DNA from: Prorocentrum cordatum
Taxonomy: Eukaryota
Assembly (NCBI GenBank): GCA_963575745.1
Contig: CAUYUJ010000335.1
Coordinates: 1-64,000 of the forward strand
Reading direction: 5' to 3'
DNA length: 64,000 nucleotides
A program made the translations under genes and the position numbers. The notes beneath the pieces are model-generated. The model had not been told where the DNA came from and did not search any database. It was given only the letters and a program-made list of their open reading frames with translations. Shown in pieces: positions 21,750 through 36,598 of this stretch; within the stretch, counting starts at the first letter, position 1; each line of letters begins with the position of its first letter.

Positions 21750-22990
21750 CTCTCAGGCGAAACGGGCCAAACCACCTCGCGAGCGACATCTTGGAGCTCA
21801 GTATTAGAAGAGTGTCTGAAACGAAACGGGCCAGACAACCTCTCGCACACGTTATGACAAGTCACGTCACACTCGCTTCCTGTTAGGTCCTCTCCTGCAA
21901 CTCCCTTTCTTCTCCCTCCTCCTCCTCCTCCTCCTCCCCCTCCTCCTGCCTGCTCCCTCATCTACATCTTTCTTCTTCTCCTCCTCCTCCTCCTCCTCCT
22001 CCTCCTCCTCCTCCTCCTCCCCCTCCTCCTTCCCCCTTCCATATCCTGATCCTTCTTTTCCTCCTCCTCCTCCTCCTCCTCCTCCTCCTCCTCCTCCTCC
22101 TCCTCCTCCTCCTCCTCCTGAACGGCATCTCGGAGCCCAGAGTTGCGAGGATGTCTCCAGCGTAACGGGCTGGACCACCTCGCACGCGGCATCTCGGACC
22201 CCAGAGTTGCGACGATGTCTCGGGCGAAACGTGCTGCGAGGAAGTCTCAGGCGAAACGGGCAGGACCACCTCGAGCGCGGAGTCTCAGAGCTCCGAGTTG
22301 CGGAGGCCTCCTGGATCCTCCTGGGGCCTCCTGGGGACCTCCTGGGGACCTCCTGGTGTTTCCTCCTGGGCCTCCTGTGGCCTCCTGGACCCCACCCGGG
22401 GTTTCCTGAAGTCTCTTCGGGCCCCCAGGGGGGGACATCTAACATGTGGCCGTCTGGGCCCCCCCCACAATGGGGGGGGGCACAAAAGCAGACAAAAATC
22501 AACGAATCGACACCGGATGTGCATTAACTTCACACGTTCTGATAGAGTGCCTCCTGGGGCCTCCTAGGAGCCTCCTGGGAATCTCCCGGGGGCCCCTGGG
22601 GCCTGTCCCGGGCCCCTCTTGCGCGGCATCTCAGAACTCAGCGTTGCGAAGATGTCTCAGGCGAAACGCGCCGGACCACCTCGCGCACGGCATCTCAGAG
22701 CTCAGAGTTTGGAGGATATCTCAGGCGATACGGGCCGGACCACCTCTCGCGCGGCATCTGGGAGCTCAGTGAGTTTGGACGATGTCTCAGGCGAAACGGG
22801 CCGGACACCTCTCGCGCGGCATCTGGGAGCTCAGAGTTTCGAAGATGTCTCAGGCGAAGCGGGCCGGACAACCTCTTGCGCGGCATCTGGGAACTCAGAA
22901 ATTGGAGGGTGTCTCACGCCAAACGCCCAATCCTGGGCAACTCAGAAACGGGAGTTGCGAGGATGTCTCAGGCGAAATGGCCCAGACCGC
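21750..22990. repeat. ~64-bp minisatellite (cggcatctc.gagctcagagttgcga.gatgtctcaggcgaaacgggccggaccacctcgcg) interrupted by (CCT)n at ~21915-22118
   Basis: cggcatc recurs at 22624, 22688, 22752, 22817 and 22881; further copies at 21750-21850 and 22120-22300. Confidence 0.9.
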
Positions 22991-24589
22991 CTTTTTTTTC
23001 GAGGACGCCTCTGTTCGGAATTCCCTCGGCCGGAGTTAGCGTCTATCACAACAGCACCCCGTTCAGCAAGCAAGATGTCTTGCGCGGCCGCCAACTCTAT
23101 TTCTGACGCCGCGGGTCGCACGAGCTCCAACAATGTGCTCTCGTTTGGGCTTTTCGCCAGAATGTCCCCCACGGTTGCGCCCCCTTCCGCATCGTGCCGC
23201 TCTTCCCCTGCCACATCGGCTTTTTCACGTGCACCATCCGCGTAGGTCGGCAATGCCTGAGCGATATCGGATGATGGCGCCGAGGTGCTACCCCCAACCG
23301 CAGAACGCAGCCACGGAGCATGGTCTGCTTCTCCCTCTACAGCGTCGCGCGCGAGCACATATCCCCCGCTGACCACGCGAGCAACGTATTTAGTAGACAT
23401 CCATATAAAATGTTCCTGCGCACACGCCGCGGTTGTCGCCGAGCATCCATCTATGCCGCGACGCGGCTGTCATTACTTCCTGCACGTCCTTCGCTTCATA
23501 CACCCACGCAAACGCGCCCTCATCACACAGCCACGTCTGAACCGATTGGAGATTTTGTCCCTCTATCGACTCGCGACTGCCACCCCCTGACGCCACGTCG
23601 CTGCTACACTCTGTCTCGAATCTTCCCAGTGCACGCCGGCGCCACCGCCCCCCGCGCAGGTTCGCACACGCGACTTGTAAACATGTATTAGCATGGCGAC
23701 CAATGCTAGATGCGTCGCTTCCCAATACCACTGCCGACTCGCTCTCGCCACGCTGGACATGAACTGGCTGCGCGACCTCTGACCGCGATACCCACTCACC
23801 GAGAGGTGTTCTCCAAGCAACAGCACGCGTGTTCCGGCCGTGGGACCAATAAGCTGGGAGCGTTATGCTGTGCCGACGCTTCACGCCCACTCCTGGAAAC
23901 CAGCTATGTGGGCGCAGCTTCGCGCACCCGACTCTCTGCGCCCGCACGTTGGATCCCTGGACTGCAGCACTGCGGGCACATATAGGAGTAGCTGGCCGCG
24001 CCGTGCCCAATAAGAACCTGCGCGTTCGCACCGTGGCATACAACGAAGGCATCGTCGTCTTCGTGTGTCCTCTGGACAACGACGGCAACGCCAATCGGAA
24101 AATTGGCGAGAGTTTCCCCTTGCAGCAAAGTCCATGCACGGACGCATACGGCCGCTGTCGCGTCGGCCACCAATCGCACGCCACTTTCTCTGCCCACGGC
24201 GTAGACCACGCTGAAACGCCAATTGAACAATTTGCGAGCGTTTCCCCCTTCTGCAACTGCCACGTAGGAAGGGATGTAGGCGGCCTGGCGACCGCCACGC
24301 CCGACGTAGAACACCCAGAAACGCAAATTTAAAAATTTGCGAGCGTTTCCCCCTTCTACGACATCCACTTAGCAAAGGATGAACACGCCTACGCGCCCGC
24401 CACGCACGCCATGGCCGAAGGCGCCGCAGTGCCCTACGCCCCCCACCGCGCACCAATTCGCACCGATCCCACTCGCCGCTCTTCGGCGCATATCGTCCAC
24501 CCCCCCCTTATCCTCGCGCCCCGCTTCCAATCTACTCGCACCCGTCGTTTCAAAACCACTTCTCAGACTGGAAGGCACGGCCACCCCGG

Positions 24590-24780
24590 CAATGGCGGGG
24601 CGCCCACCGGATTGCCCCCCGGGAAGGGTCACCCCTGAGATGGCAGGGGGCACCGGTCACCGCAGCAGCGGGCTTCCCACCGGATTTCCCCCCGGGAAGG
24701 GTCGCCCCTGAGACTGCAGGGGGCACGGCGCCGGGTTGCCCCCCGGGAAGGGTCACCTCTGAGAAAGCAGAGGGCACTTT
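24590..24780. repeat. Short tandem repeat, 3 copies of ccccccgggaagggtcrcccctgaga-containing unit
   Basis: Read directly from the sequence. Confidence 0.8.
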
Positions 24781-27350
24781 GGCTTCTTCTTTCGCCATGC
24801 GCCCCCCCCCCCCGCTCGCCCGCCCGCGGGGGCTGGGGGGGGGGCGCACGCAGCTGAGCAATGCTTGAGCCTGAGAGCGGCGCGGAAATATTTGCCCCAT
24901 GTGTCTGGTCTTCTTGCTCCATGTGCCCTTCTTATCGTTATCTCTCACCGCCCCCTCTCAGCCCCTCGCTATCAACGCGTGCCTTACTCGCGGCCCTCTA
25001 GACCAAAACTAGCAGCTCAAATTTGCCGGCACGCGGACACGCCCAGAAGCGTTGAGTTCCTCCTGGATCCAGCCACGCGACAACAGGCCCAATGTCGCAC
25101 CAGGCCCACTCTTAACAGCCGTCGCGCGACTCTTCATATGTCACGTTACACTGCGCATAGCATTGAATATACATATACATATAGTTATGAAAGATATGTA
25201 AACACACACGCGTACTTAACATGGGCAGGCATGCGTGCACGGAGGTGGCACTGCGCGGTGCCACTCGACTGGGGCAAGAACGTGGATGTGGATGACAGAA
25301 GAGGATGTGGCTGAGAACGGCATGTCCGACGCGGAGATGACATGTTGATCCGCTCAAAATTAAAGCACACGCCGCCAACCGATCTGTCCGATACAACTTT
25401 TTTTATCCCTGGATCAGTTGATGTGCCACTTTGCGGCGCCTGTCCAAGTGGGATTCTATATGCAAGAGCAAAAAACGGTGCTGCCTCCCTGCTACGCACC
25501 TAGATGCGTGAGATACCACAGATTCTTTGCTGAGGCTCGTGTCGGAAGCTCCCCGCCCCGACCTCCATCCACACCTGCCACTGTCTACCTATGCCACCTG
25601 CCACTCCACTCCAACACCAGCGTTTCCCACGCGTACCCATGCATCCCCGTCCATCTCCCTCCCCAATCGCGTCGTCCTCTTGTCCACGGAGTTGCCCCTG
25701 TCCTCGCCCCTCCTCTTGGCAGACATGGGAGCTTTTTGGGCCACCGATCACCCCCAACATTGGAGGAGTTGTGAAACTTGGGAAAAGCTCGAGCGGACGG
25801 GCTCACGATGCAATGCCCGTCCAAGTGTCACCACGGCCGAGATCATCAACGATCGCAACAAAAAAAAACTAAAAACCAAAATAAAAAATAGATGTCGCCC
25901 TCGTAGCGGGGGTTTGAGGGTAGGTCTGAAAGACAAACCACCAAGAGAATACAGCAAATACGCGAGGTTAGATAGTGAGGTGGTTGTTGGGAGCTGGAAG
26001 ACCTGTGCACCAAACCGCTGCACGTGGGTCGTCGGAGACGAGGATGACAGTGTCTCTTCGATACAGCCCTCCGCTGCAGCCACGACTTCATCACGCCGAG
26101 TTGGAGGCCTGCATCGGCAGAGGGGCAGGGCACGGCCACAATAAGAATAATAGAAGAGGACATATGGATGGCCGCCCACTGCACCTAGCAATCCCACCAG
26201 TCGCCCTGACGCGTGAGCTCGGCGACGACGTCGCTGAATGGGGACCCTGTGGACGCAGACCTGCGCCTCAGTGGTACGAACGGCGGACGCAAGTGAGGAA
26301 GGCTCTCGGATGTCGGTGTTCTTAGTAAATGAGGATCCCAGCTCGATGCGGCACTCTCTGATGACGTCGACGGCGTGCGCATGAGATAAATACTGAATAG
26401 CGCCAATGTTTCTTGGCGGTCGAACCGAAGACGACGGAAAAATTGGCCACTCCATACTGTCCAGAAAATCCAAAATTTGTCGTCACCGCATACGAACGTG
26501 CCAATGTTGCTGTAGATTTCCTCGGCCAGCAGCAGATGCTCCATTGTGCTGTGAAAATGAATGTGGCATATGCGGTGGCCCTCCCACCAAAGGACCACTG
26601 CTGCCACTGGTCGGAAGAGCCAAAGAATCCACGCACACACCGTGGATCGTAAGCGATGTGTGGAGAGTCTGAGGAGCGGTGACAGAAAGGCTGGATGCTG
26701 CTCGTTTCTCACCAAATAAGGAAGGGTTCGACCTGCGGCCCGCATGTCTGCAGCGATCGCAGTTGGGCAGGCAGTGCTATATTTCCCCCCTGTGTCTTGT
26801 CTTCTTTCTGCCCCATCCCCTTCCTCCTTCTCATCGATACTGTCGCCATGACTTTCTCTCCTCGCGAGCCCACATTATACGCGCGCGCATGCAATGGGCA
26901 GGCATGCGTGCACGGAGAGATGCACGGTGCCACTCGAGAGCGCATCTCGAGTCCAAATCGAGCTTTGGATGGGGATCGCTACGGAAACCACACCCGTCGC
27001 AACAGAAAATAATCAACCCGCCCACACCGACATCCGCTCTGAGTTGATGCACACCCCGATCACAAATTCCCCTTATATGCTTTTTCGTTCCTGGCATCGA
27101 TGATGTGGCACTTTGGGGCGCCTGTCCAGGCTCACTGGTATATGCAAGACTAAAAAATTCGCTGCCAATTTGCATCGCAGCTTGACGCGTGAGATGCCAC
27201 AGTTCTTTGCTGAGGCTCCTGTCGGAAGCTCCAGCACTTCGCAGAACCGACACCTGCCAGTGCCCACCCCAACACTGGAATAGAGAAGTAGAAGGAAGAG
27301 GAAAGAAATAAGGGGGAGAAAAAAAAATGGCACCGTCCCGCACGCATACT

Positions 27351-27680
27351 TCAAGCATCCTCGTTCATCTCCTCTCCGATGCGCTTGATCCGCTTGTCGA
27401 CGGCGTTGTCAACGTCCTCGGCCCTCCTCTTGGCTGACATAGCGGCTTCTTGGGCCGAAGCGACCATCGCTAACATGAGTTCACCACGAGCCTGTTGGCG
27501 GGCCGCCGTCGAGGTGGACGCGAGGTGCCGGTCAAGCTTGTTGATGGTGGCGCCGATCGCCTGCGCGTTCAAGGCGCCCTTCGCTTCCTGTCGAAAAACC
27601 CGCGTGCACAAGAGATCACGCACGAGGGCAGACAAGCATTTCGTTCGAACACCGACTTGCATGCGCGTTTGCACGTTCAT
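27351..27680 (-). pseudogene. Orphan helical/coiled-coil-like ORF; partial paralog at ~41640-41870
   Basis: KGALNAQAIGA(T/A)INKLDR is shared by both loci; the second copy is truncated and frameshifted. Confidence 0.4.
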
Positions 27681-30600
27681 CTCTCTCCTTGCTTTGCCCC
27701 CCGATGCCCATGGTTATATCCACTCTCTACTGCTAGCTGGAGCGCTTGTAGATCCACGCCTTTTTTGGAAGAGGGCGCGGCATTTGTCTTGGACTGCGTC
27801 TCGTTTGTTGGACCAGGAGGGCCCGCAGAGACGAGTCGACGGGAATTCAGCATAGTTTCGGACACCCGGGGAAACCGAACAGGCTACAAGCGCACATTCG
27901 GGGAATCAATGAAATTTCGGGGCCGCGTCCTGTTCCATCTCTTCGCGGCGCGCTGTGGCCTTCGCCGCGCGCTGCTGCAGGCGCCCCGCTGGCATGGCGG
28001 AAACAGCGCCGAGTGCACTGAGGAGCTCTTCCATGGAATCCTTCGCCAAGGCCGAGACTCTGACCACGTTGCCGAGGTTCCCCCAGGAGGACACAGGGGG
28101 GCGCCCTTACGTCAATCAAGGGGGGCGCCCATGTATCATTCCAGGGGGGCGCCCATATGTCATATGCAACATGCAACATTCGTCGAATCTGGTCGCGGCT
28201 GAGCACCTCCCGCGCTGCCCCCCCCTCTTCACGGGCCAGGCTGCACGAGCCCTCGCGACGAAGTCGCCCCTGCGCCAAGCGCAAAAGGAAAGCGCAATCG
28301 TCAGCCCCGACCGCAAGGAGCGATTATCCTGGCGCGTCCAGATTTTTTTCTGCTCGGCGCCGACCTCTCCAAAGCCTCTCACGCGCCTCCGTGGATGAAG
28401 CCCTCCAGGAAGGACGTCCGTGAGGCCCGAGAAAAAAACCGCGCGTGGTTTTCCTAACTGGCTTGCAAATCTCCCGCGACACCTTCGCACCGGCGCCCAT
28501 CACGTCTACATTGATGATGCGCCCGCCGCTGTTCCTGGGCGGCACCACCTTCCCGATGCATTCGTGAAGGTCGTCGGGGAGCTGACCGATAACGCGGCGC
28601 CTCTTTGGGGCACCAGATACGAGAGCACCACGATCAACAGAAGAACCGCAGAAATGAATTGCACGAGAACCTGCTACGTAGATAAAATTCGACGCACCAC
28701 GATAGACAGAAAGAAAGCAGTCTCAAATATACTCACCCGACGTCGTTCCGTCGGCTACGGTTTCGACAACTGTCGACGCGGGCTCTGATTCGCACGACCA
28801 ACGATGTAATGAGAGAGGGGAGCGGCTAGGATTCACTGGCAGCAACACGTGGCGCGGGCGCCTTGCCGCGGCGCGTCCCGATTTGCCGAGGTCTGGCGCG
28901 TCCAAGGGGATGTCCCAGGTGATAGTGCACGAAAGCTCGGGAGTGTACGACGTGGCTCCTCCATGAACCAGGCGGCGCGATGCTTGTCGCTGTCTCGATC
29001 CGCCACGCTCGGGCGATATGTGCCGCTCCACTACTCGCTACCCGTGGCCTCCTGCTCTGCCCGATCTTTTGACGACACATTCGCGATCGTCTGGTCACAA
29101 GGCCTGCCCGCCCGCGGTTATTGGGCCCCTCGCTGCACGACGTCACGAGCCCGACCAAGATATGAGCCAGTACCGACCGAGACGGAGCCGGATCAAAACG
29201 CAAAAAAATGGAAACCGACACACTCGGCGGCCACAAGTTCCGCGCGACACCGCGGCGACGCCGACAGCCACGACGACATCAACGACGACGTTAACGACGA
29301 AAACGACGACGTCGTTTATTGCGCGGGAGTTCCCCTTTGCTTCATCAGAGCTTCCGCCGCCGCAACCAAGCGGGCCCCCCGCCCGAATCTTTGGAGACGA
29401 GAGCCTTCTCAGATAGTTCCCAGGTGTGCTTTGGCAAAATCAGCTACAAAATGCGTCTCGGACGAAAAGGCTCCGCGTTACTCCCTCCCTCCTCCCTCTC
29501 TCCACCCTCGGCTTCCTTCCTCCTATCCGTGCACTTGCCATTCGCTCGTGCTTCCATCGCGGCGAGCTCCACTCGGACGTGCGTGCATCTGCGCACGAAT
29601 GAACCTAGCCGCCGTGCGTCGGCAAAATGCCCTGCGCCGTAGCACACAAGAGGTTCTGGGGGGGGCGCCCCTGTGTATATATACATGTACGCTCAATAGA
29701 CTTAGGTTTGAACTACGCGTAATGGCACATGCTCCTTATCATGCGTTGCGGGGGGTCGCCCCTGCATCGTGGGGCGTACGCGGGTATTACACTGTACATT
29801 CCAACCCTAACTGGAAACTGCTCGCGCCTGGCCACAGGACGCGATGCTGCTCGCTGCTGACGAGCCAACCTGTGCAGACTAACGCACGACACCGCCTTTG
29901 GACAAAACACGACCGTCGGCATGCGCGCGACACCGCGTGAGTGTTAGTGGCCGCACAAACATAGCATTTAGGCGAAGGCCCCGTAAATCGATTGGGTTAC
30001 AAACGTTGACAATACATGCGGCTTGCTCCGCGAGGTTACCTGTACAGGTTACCTTTGGCGCCGCAGTTCGGGCTTTGCAGTTATGCGGCTCCATGCGCAC
30101 TATCATCAAACTACTGCTGTGAGTCTGCAACTCTGAAAAGTATATGGCACAGGCGGGCGATTACAAAAAAAAACCTTGAATGACTGGGCCAGTCCACTTC
30201 CCCCCTCGTTCCTTGTTTCCCTTCCCGTATCGTTCAAACCGCCGAGCGCCAAATTTCATTCCTACGAGTCTTCTGTGGCCTCGTCCAACCTCGCCCGCTT
30301 CGGCGCACCCCCGCTGTCGCTCAGGTCCTCGCCCTCATCCTGCGGGGAATGTTGGGCTTGCACCCGGACGCATTCTTGACGTGACATTTGTGCTGTCCAC
30401 GAATGGCCACGCACCCACTCAGTTTGCGTATGCATCGACACACCCCACCATTACAAGTCCGCCGATCCCATCTTTTTCCTGTGCCTGACAGGCCAAGTCG
30501 GGGGCGAAGTGACGCGCGCGGGTCCGAGTTGATCGAAGGCTGAAGCAAAGTCTGATGACCGATGGAAACGGAGACCCTTGTGCTTTTCCTTTATCCCACT

Positions 30601-33600
30601 CAGTCTGTCGCCCCCGCCCCCCGAACTCCCTTCCAAGTTTTTCCTCTTCGTGCTCATGTGTATTATCCTCTTCCTCCTTTTGCAACTCTTGCTCGCTAGG
30701 CCCGCTTCGAGTCGCGACTAGTCTGGGACAAAGAATGGCCACGTGAGCACTCTGCGCCGTTCTCGCCCCCCCCCCCCCCCTCCCCCTACATCCTTCGGGG
30801 CGCCCATCGGCTGCCGCGCGGCGGCGATCTCTTTTGCGGGCCCAGGCGCCTTGGATCAGTGGTTGCGACCGCCACGCGCGCGCGCCAGTTCTCGCCCCGT
30901 CGTCGTCGTCGTCGAAAGACAAATCAACCTTTATGAGGAGTATACGAAACATCGAGAAACGATAGAGAACCGCACAGGACGCGACAGCGTCAATAGGAAT
31001 CATGCGCTGGGGGATCGTTGAACTAGGAGACGAAGGGGTGGGTTCTCTGATAGGAATGTCTGCCCAACAACTATTTCGAGTGATCAACAAGGGAAACTAT
31101 CGCTCGACACACCGCGCGAGAGCCAATCGCGATGAACTACAGGACAATGCGATACCAACCCAAACCATGCAAAGAAGCCTCGGGTACGTTCTTCTCAATG
31201 ATGCCAGTATCGGGGTATACGTTCAGCACTTATTGGCCTGGTCCGTTGCCGATAAGGTAGACCGACTGTACGCGTCATGATTGACCACAGCGCGAATCAC
31301 GATTCGCCAGCGAGGCGACGCACACGATTACTGGAAACGCACATCGACACTCGGAAATCCCGAGAGAGTGCTGTTGACACGATGCACGCCACAAATGCCC
31401 GTACTCCCGCTCCTTCATCCTCTCCCCCACGCCCCAACCAGCCTGCATTATACTTGCCGTTCTTCACGAGTGCACTGTCGCCCTCCACGAGCTTCAAACC
31501 ACACCTCATCATCGCGGGCACGGGAAAAGCTAGAGTACTTGTCGGACGCCCTGCCCAGTGACTACTCAGATTAAGAACAACACAAAACACGATGCTTGTG
31601 AAACAGACACAGATGCCACACCGCTGTTGCTCGTCAGCTGATCGTTTCGCATTCGAAACTCCGACTGCGAATGAGCTGAGGCAAGCACGTCGCGGCGGCA
31701 AGTTCTCTCCACGCCGTCACCTTGATTGTGGTGTCGTCGAAAATGAGATAGATGCGGAAAAAGGTGCCATCGTTTACGGTCCCGTGCACGATGCCCTCCG
31801 CCGCGTGGATGGCGCCATCCACGTCGTTGCGCAAGTCGTCCGCCCCCGACAGCTGACAAGGTAACAAGCACAAAGATATGAACAGGACCGTCCACAGCAT
31901 CCGACAGCACAAACCGCGCCGTTCGCATCCCTTACGAGTCGCTGCTTCTGTCCATCTTCATCCATCCCCCTCCTTCCCTAAGTCATATTGTTGCCCACTG
32001 CAATACAACATTACTATTTCTTCCGATCCTCGTTGCTCGGTCCATGCAAGCTGTGTCCTCCCGCGCCCTCTGCGTGTACTGACCTGCACTTGCGGCGCTC
32101 TCGCAGCTTCTACTCCCCCCCCCCCCCCCCCCCCCCCCTTCACCCGCCGCATTCTCGTTCTCCTCGTCTTTGCGCCCCCTGCTTCACGTTTTCATGCTCT
32201 GACCCCTGCGAGACTCTGAATTGCGACCACCTTATGTGTTTTCCACTGCGTGTTCCCTCACGTGCATTCTGACTCCGTATAGCATTGCATGTCAGACAAG
32301 ATCGCCCCGCGCATCCCCTGTTGGGATCCTCGACCGTCTCCTGCGCCGGGATGCCCCCCTCTTTGATGTGGGCGGGCCGCATCTCTTTGATGGTGCCCCT
32401 GCGATTCCTCAAGGACAGCTCCACGTTGCCTGCGAGTTCATACAATGTGGCAGATACACGGTGGTCAGAACGTTCCAGCGTTACAGCATTACCCCAACGC
32501 GCATGCGCTAAGGAGCTCGAGCCTTGGCGAGTTCATGCGCAGAATGCCAGCTGCAATGCGCCTCGCTTTCTGCAACCCACAACCCACCCACCCAAAAAAA
32601 AAAACTCCAAGCCCTCCACAGCTCGGGGCCCCCACCACGTTTCGAAATAATGTCCACTGTGCGACTGCGGCGCCCCCCGGACGATCCAATACGCCCTTAG
32701 CTTCAAATTCTGTACTCGCCCAGTCTATATCGACCACCTCTCCCCCCTATGCTTTCCTTCTCCCACCTAGGATTTGTTCTGTCTACCTACTGTCTCCTCG
32801 TCGGTCGCATGTTTCTCCCCCCCCCCCCTCGGGCGAAGCACATTATGCATCCGCACGTTGTTCTGAATGTTTATTGCTTGTTGTACGTCAGGGCTGGCAA
32901 CATGCACCTCGCGGGGTCAACAGCATGCATGACAACGAGCCCCTACGACCCAACAAGACTGAAATCAAATTTAAATCCTTGCCAGCGCTGGATCGTGCAG
33001 TCTTGGAGCAACTACGCATTCCCCTTCTCGACGAGATCGAGAGCTCCCGACCCGAACATATTCGCGACAACCTCCTCCCCCGCCACGTCGAGAAATCCTT
33101 CAGCGCCGATGAGGCACCGCAAGGCTGCGACCATGTGCTTCCCTAGTTCCCCTTCTTCGCTCCTTAGTGGAAGCCCTTTCCTTCCTTTTCCCTGGCCACC
33201 TCTTTGGGAAGGCATGCGCCGAGAGATGCCACGTCATCTCCAGGTTTTCCACCAGGAGTTCCCGCAACACTTCCACCAAATGCAAGACAGACAATCCCAG
33301 GTTGTCCGCAACCGCGGGACCGGCACGGAAAACACGCGACGCCCCAAGACACATTCGGAAACGCATTCACCGCTGTGATGTTCCCCATGCTTCCTCTGGC
33401 GTCCATCGTCGCATCGATCCGAACGAGCGCTAGTTCGGGATGCGCTAATGGGGATGCGCGAAGCGCCAAGAATGTGGCGCTCCTCATGCGTTTGCCGCTC
33501 TTTGTTGCGTATGCCACACGCGTATCCATGCAGCGCAACACGATGGAGTAATTCATCGTCGCGACCGTCAGGTCGGCCACCACGTGCGTCGGCCTTGCCA

Positions 33601-36598
33601 TCTCCGTCGCGTGTGGCACTGCAGCGACAGGTCCTGCCGCGGTTGCACTCGGGCTGGTCACGTGCGCCGCAGACGCTGCGCCTGGCGTCCGACGCCGGCG
33701 TTGCGGCGTCGAAGCGAGAGTGATGGTGGACATTGCCGTCGTGGGACGGCTGCAGGGCTGGGCGGCCGCACAACGTCAGAAAGCCGCAACAAGCCCCGCT
33801 GCAAACGAGCTGCAGTTTTCACGAACTGGTTTCTTGTTCCGTACATTGCACATTGCACATCATCAGAAGTTCCACCTCTGCAGTCCGAACATTGCACACA
33901 AAACTGCACGCGGACAACGACGCAGCATATGGGGGGGCGCCCCAATGTCCATAGTACCCTACGTATGCAAACCCTTTCATGTACGATATGCATAAACTAT
34001 ACGCATTCGAGGGGGGCGCCCTATATCGTATAATTAGAAGGCCACACTACACCGAGAAGGATCGAAATTCCTCCAACTCGCGGGGGAAGGGGAAAGGGGC
34101 AGGGCAGCGCAATATTTTCCCGACAATCATTTGCATCTACGCAAGATCTACACTTTGTCGCCCTCGCGACGGGCACGTACCGCTGTCCTGACCGCACGAA
34201 ACGCGTTGGGGGGAGAACTCGATTGGTGTCGGATCGGGAAAGGGTGGGGAAGGGATAGCGAATGAATGCCCACCTTCATGTCCGCCTTCGTCGCCTGCGT
34301 CGCTGACTAGTCCCGCTCCTGGACCCTCGGAGTCTCTGAGCTCGGAATATGAAGCAGGAAAAGGAAGAAGGGCTGAATGAGTTGAGAAGGAAAGGATGGT
34401 ATATATGACACATAGCTGGGTGTCCAAATGCGGCGCGTCGTATTCGCACAACAACGCCGCGCGTTCGCCCGCCTCCTGGGGCGCAGGGGCGAAAGGAACA
34501 GCGCGCGCCGAACAGTGGCCCATTGCGCGTGCAAACAATGAGACATACATGCCATACGTGCCATACACGCCATACATTACAACGTACACACCATACATGC
34601 CATATATATGTACAGTATCGTATCCATACACAATCTAGGTGTACGCAGCGGCCCCTTTTCTTCGACCTGTAGCGCGTGCAGTACTTCACGGCACGACGGT
34701 GTCGTCCGCGCGTTTCCTGCTTGAAACCATCTAGCTTGCTAGAGGATTCAAAAACTGATCCGAGAAGGATCGAGAGAAAGAGGGGCATATCTATTTTATA
34801 TATACATAAATAATGTATACAAATGTCGGCGAGTCCCGCTCCTGGACCCGCGGAGTCTCTGAGCTCGAACGCGCGCGCATGGGTGACGAAGGATTGTGAT
34901 GCATGTTTTGTGCACCCGCGCCATACGTAAATGATCATAAACGACGCAGTTCCTTGATTTCGTCGCGAGGCTAATCGATGGGGAATCGTCGATCGAGAAG
35001 GATCCAGGATCGACAACTATGAGATCGGGGGCCGAGAAGACGATCGAAGAGTAGAGTCGCGGGAACGAAAAACTGAAGATCAAACGCCCAAACAACGGGG
35101 GACGAGGACAACCCCAGCACGCCCGTTGGCGCATTTTTTCACGCATCATGGATGGAGCTGGCACCGTCAGGCGCACTAGGACTTCCGTCGCTAAGGTGCG
35201 CCGGGACTCCTTTTCGCCAATCGTGGGAAGAATACGAAAAGGGCGGAGCAGGAATATGAAGTAGGAAGATGCAGGAGGGGGCTGAATGAGTTGAGAAGGA
35301 CGGGATGGTATACATGACACATATGAGGATGTCCAAATGCGGCGCGTCGTATTCGTGCAACAACGCCGCGCGTTCGCCCGCCTCCTGGGGCGCGGTGACG
35401 AAAGAGGACAGCGCGCGCCGAACAGTGGCCCATGGCGCGTGCAAGCAAGTGGAACATGAGGAGCCGCCCTCCCCGCTCTCGCAGGGCGGCTATTCGTTGT
35501 GGTTGCGGGAAGGGGGATCGGAGGTGGCGGCCCTCCCCGCCCTCGCGGGGCGGCTCTGCCGCGTTGGGGAGTCATGGAGACACGTTGGGTTTGGGGATAA
35601 GGGTCGATACAGAAAGCCCCGAGGGTGAGGATCGATGGGGATAAGCTTAGAACGGCGGCCCTCCCCGCCTTCGCGGAGCGGCCTTGCACGCGCGAGGCGG
35701 CGGCCCTATCCGCCCTCGCGGAGCGGCCTTGCCGCGCAAATGTGAGCATCGAGGATGCCGGGGAAAAAGTCGAATCGGCGGCCCTCCCAGCCCTTTCGGG
35801 CAAGCCGACCGCGCGGCGCCGACCCCACCGACGCACCACAAACCACTGGAACAGGAAGCCCGGGATGGCAAATTCCTGCCAGATCTTGAGAGACACTGGA
35901 TATTGTCGTGAACGTTACGAACACGCGGCAGTCCAGTTCGATCGTCTGAACATCCCCATGCGCACGTTCTCATCAACGACTGCTCTTTCTGATCCGTCGC
36001 TGTGGCCGGGCAATGGCCGCATATATAGATATAGGTAGACGGCGCCACAGGCACCCGCCCCTGCACGGGCGCGCACAGCGGCCCCATCTCGGGCCAAAAT
36101 TCGTTCAGGCTTCGGGAACCAACTGCGGTCCACTTCGTCATCTTCGATGTCTTCAACCCCACTACATGGGTCACCAATTTTCATGTCCAGATCCAACTTT
36201 TGATCGGAAAAGGCCGCCGAACGCTGCGCGCAAAATGCCGTGCTATTGCATGGGGAGGACTCGCGAGCACATTGAACTACAGTCCCTTCCCCACTCTCCT
36301 ATCCTACACGCATCGCGTGGCACGAGCATAGCACAGGCGATGGCACTCGCAATGCACAGCACAGAAACAACTTACAATGGAGATGTTCTCGGCGTGCAAT
36401 CATGCGTAGTTCCGCTATCACTCTTTCATGCCATAATCCTCTTCGCATACGAGGTCTGAAACATGCCAGAGAACGTTTAGCCAATGAGTCCGTAGTAGTA
36501 TCCCTGGCCACCCCCTCTCGTGGCCCACTCCCTCTTCACTTTCCCATGTCTCCCCTTCCCCCTCCCTCCCTTCTGTATTCGGCTTCAGCCTCGCACCC

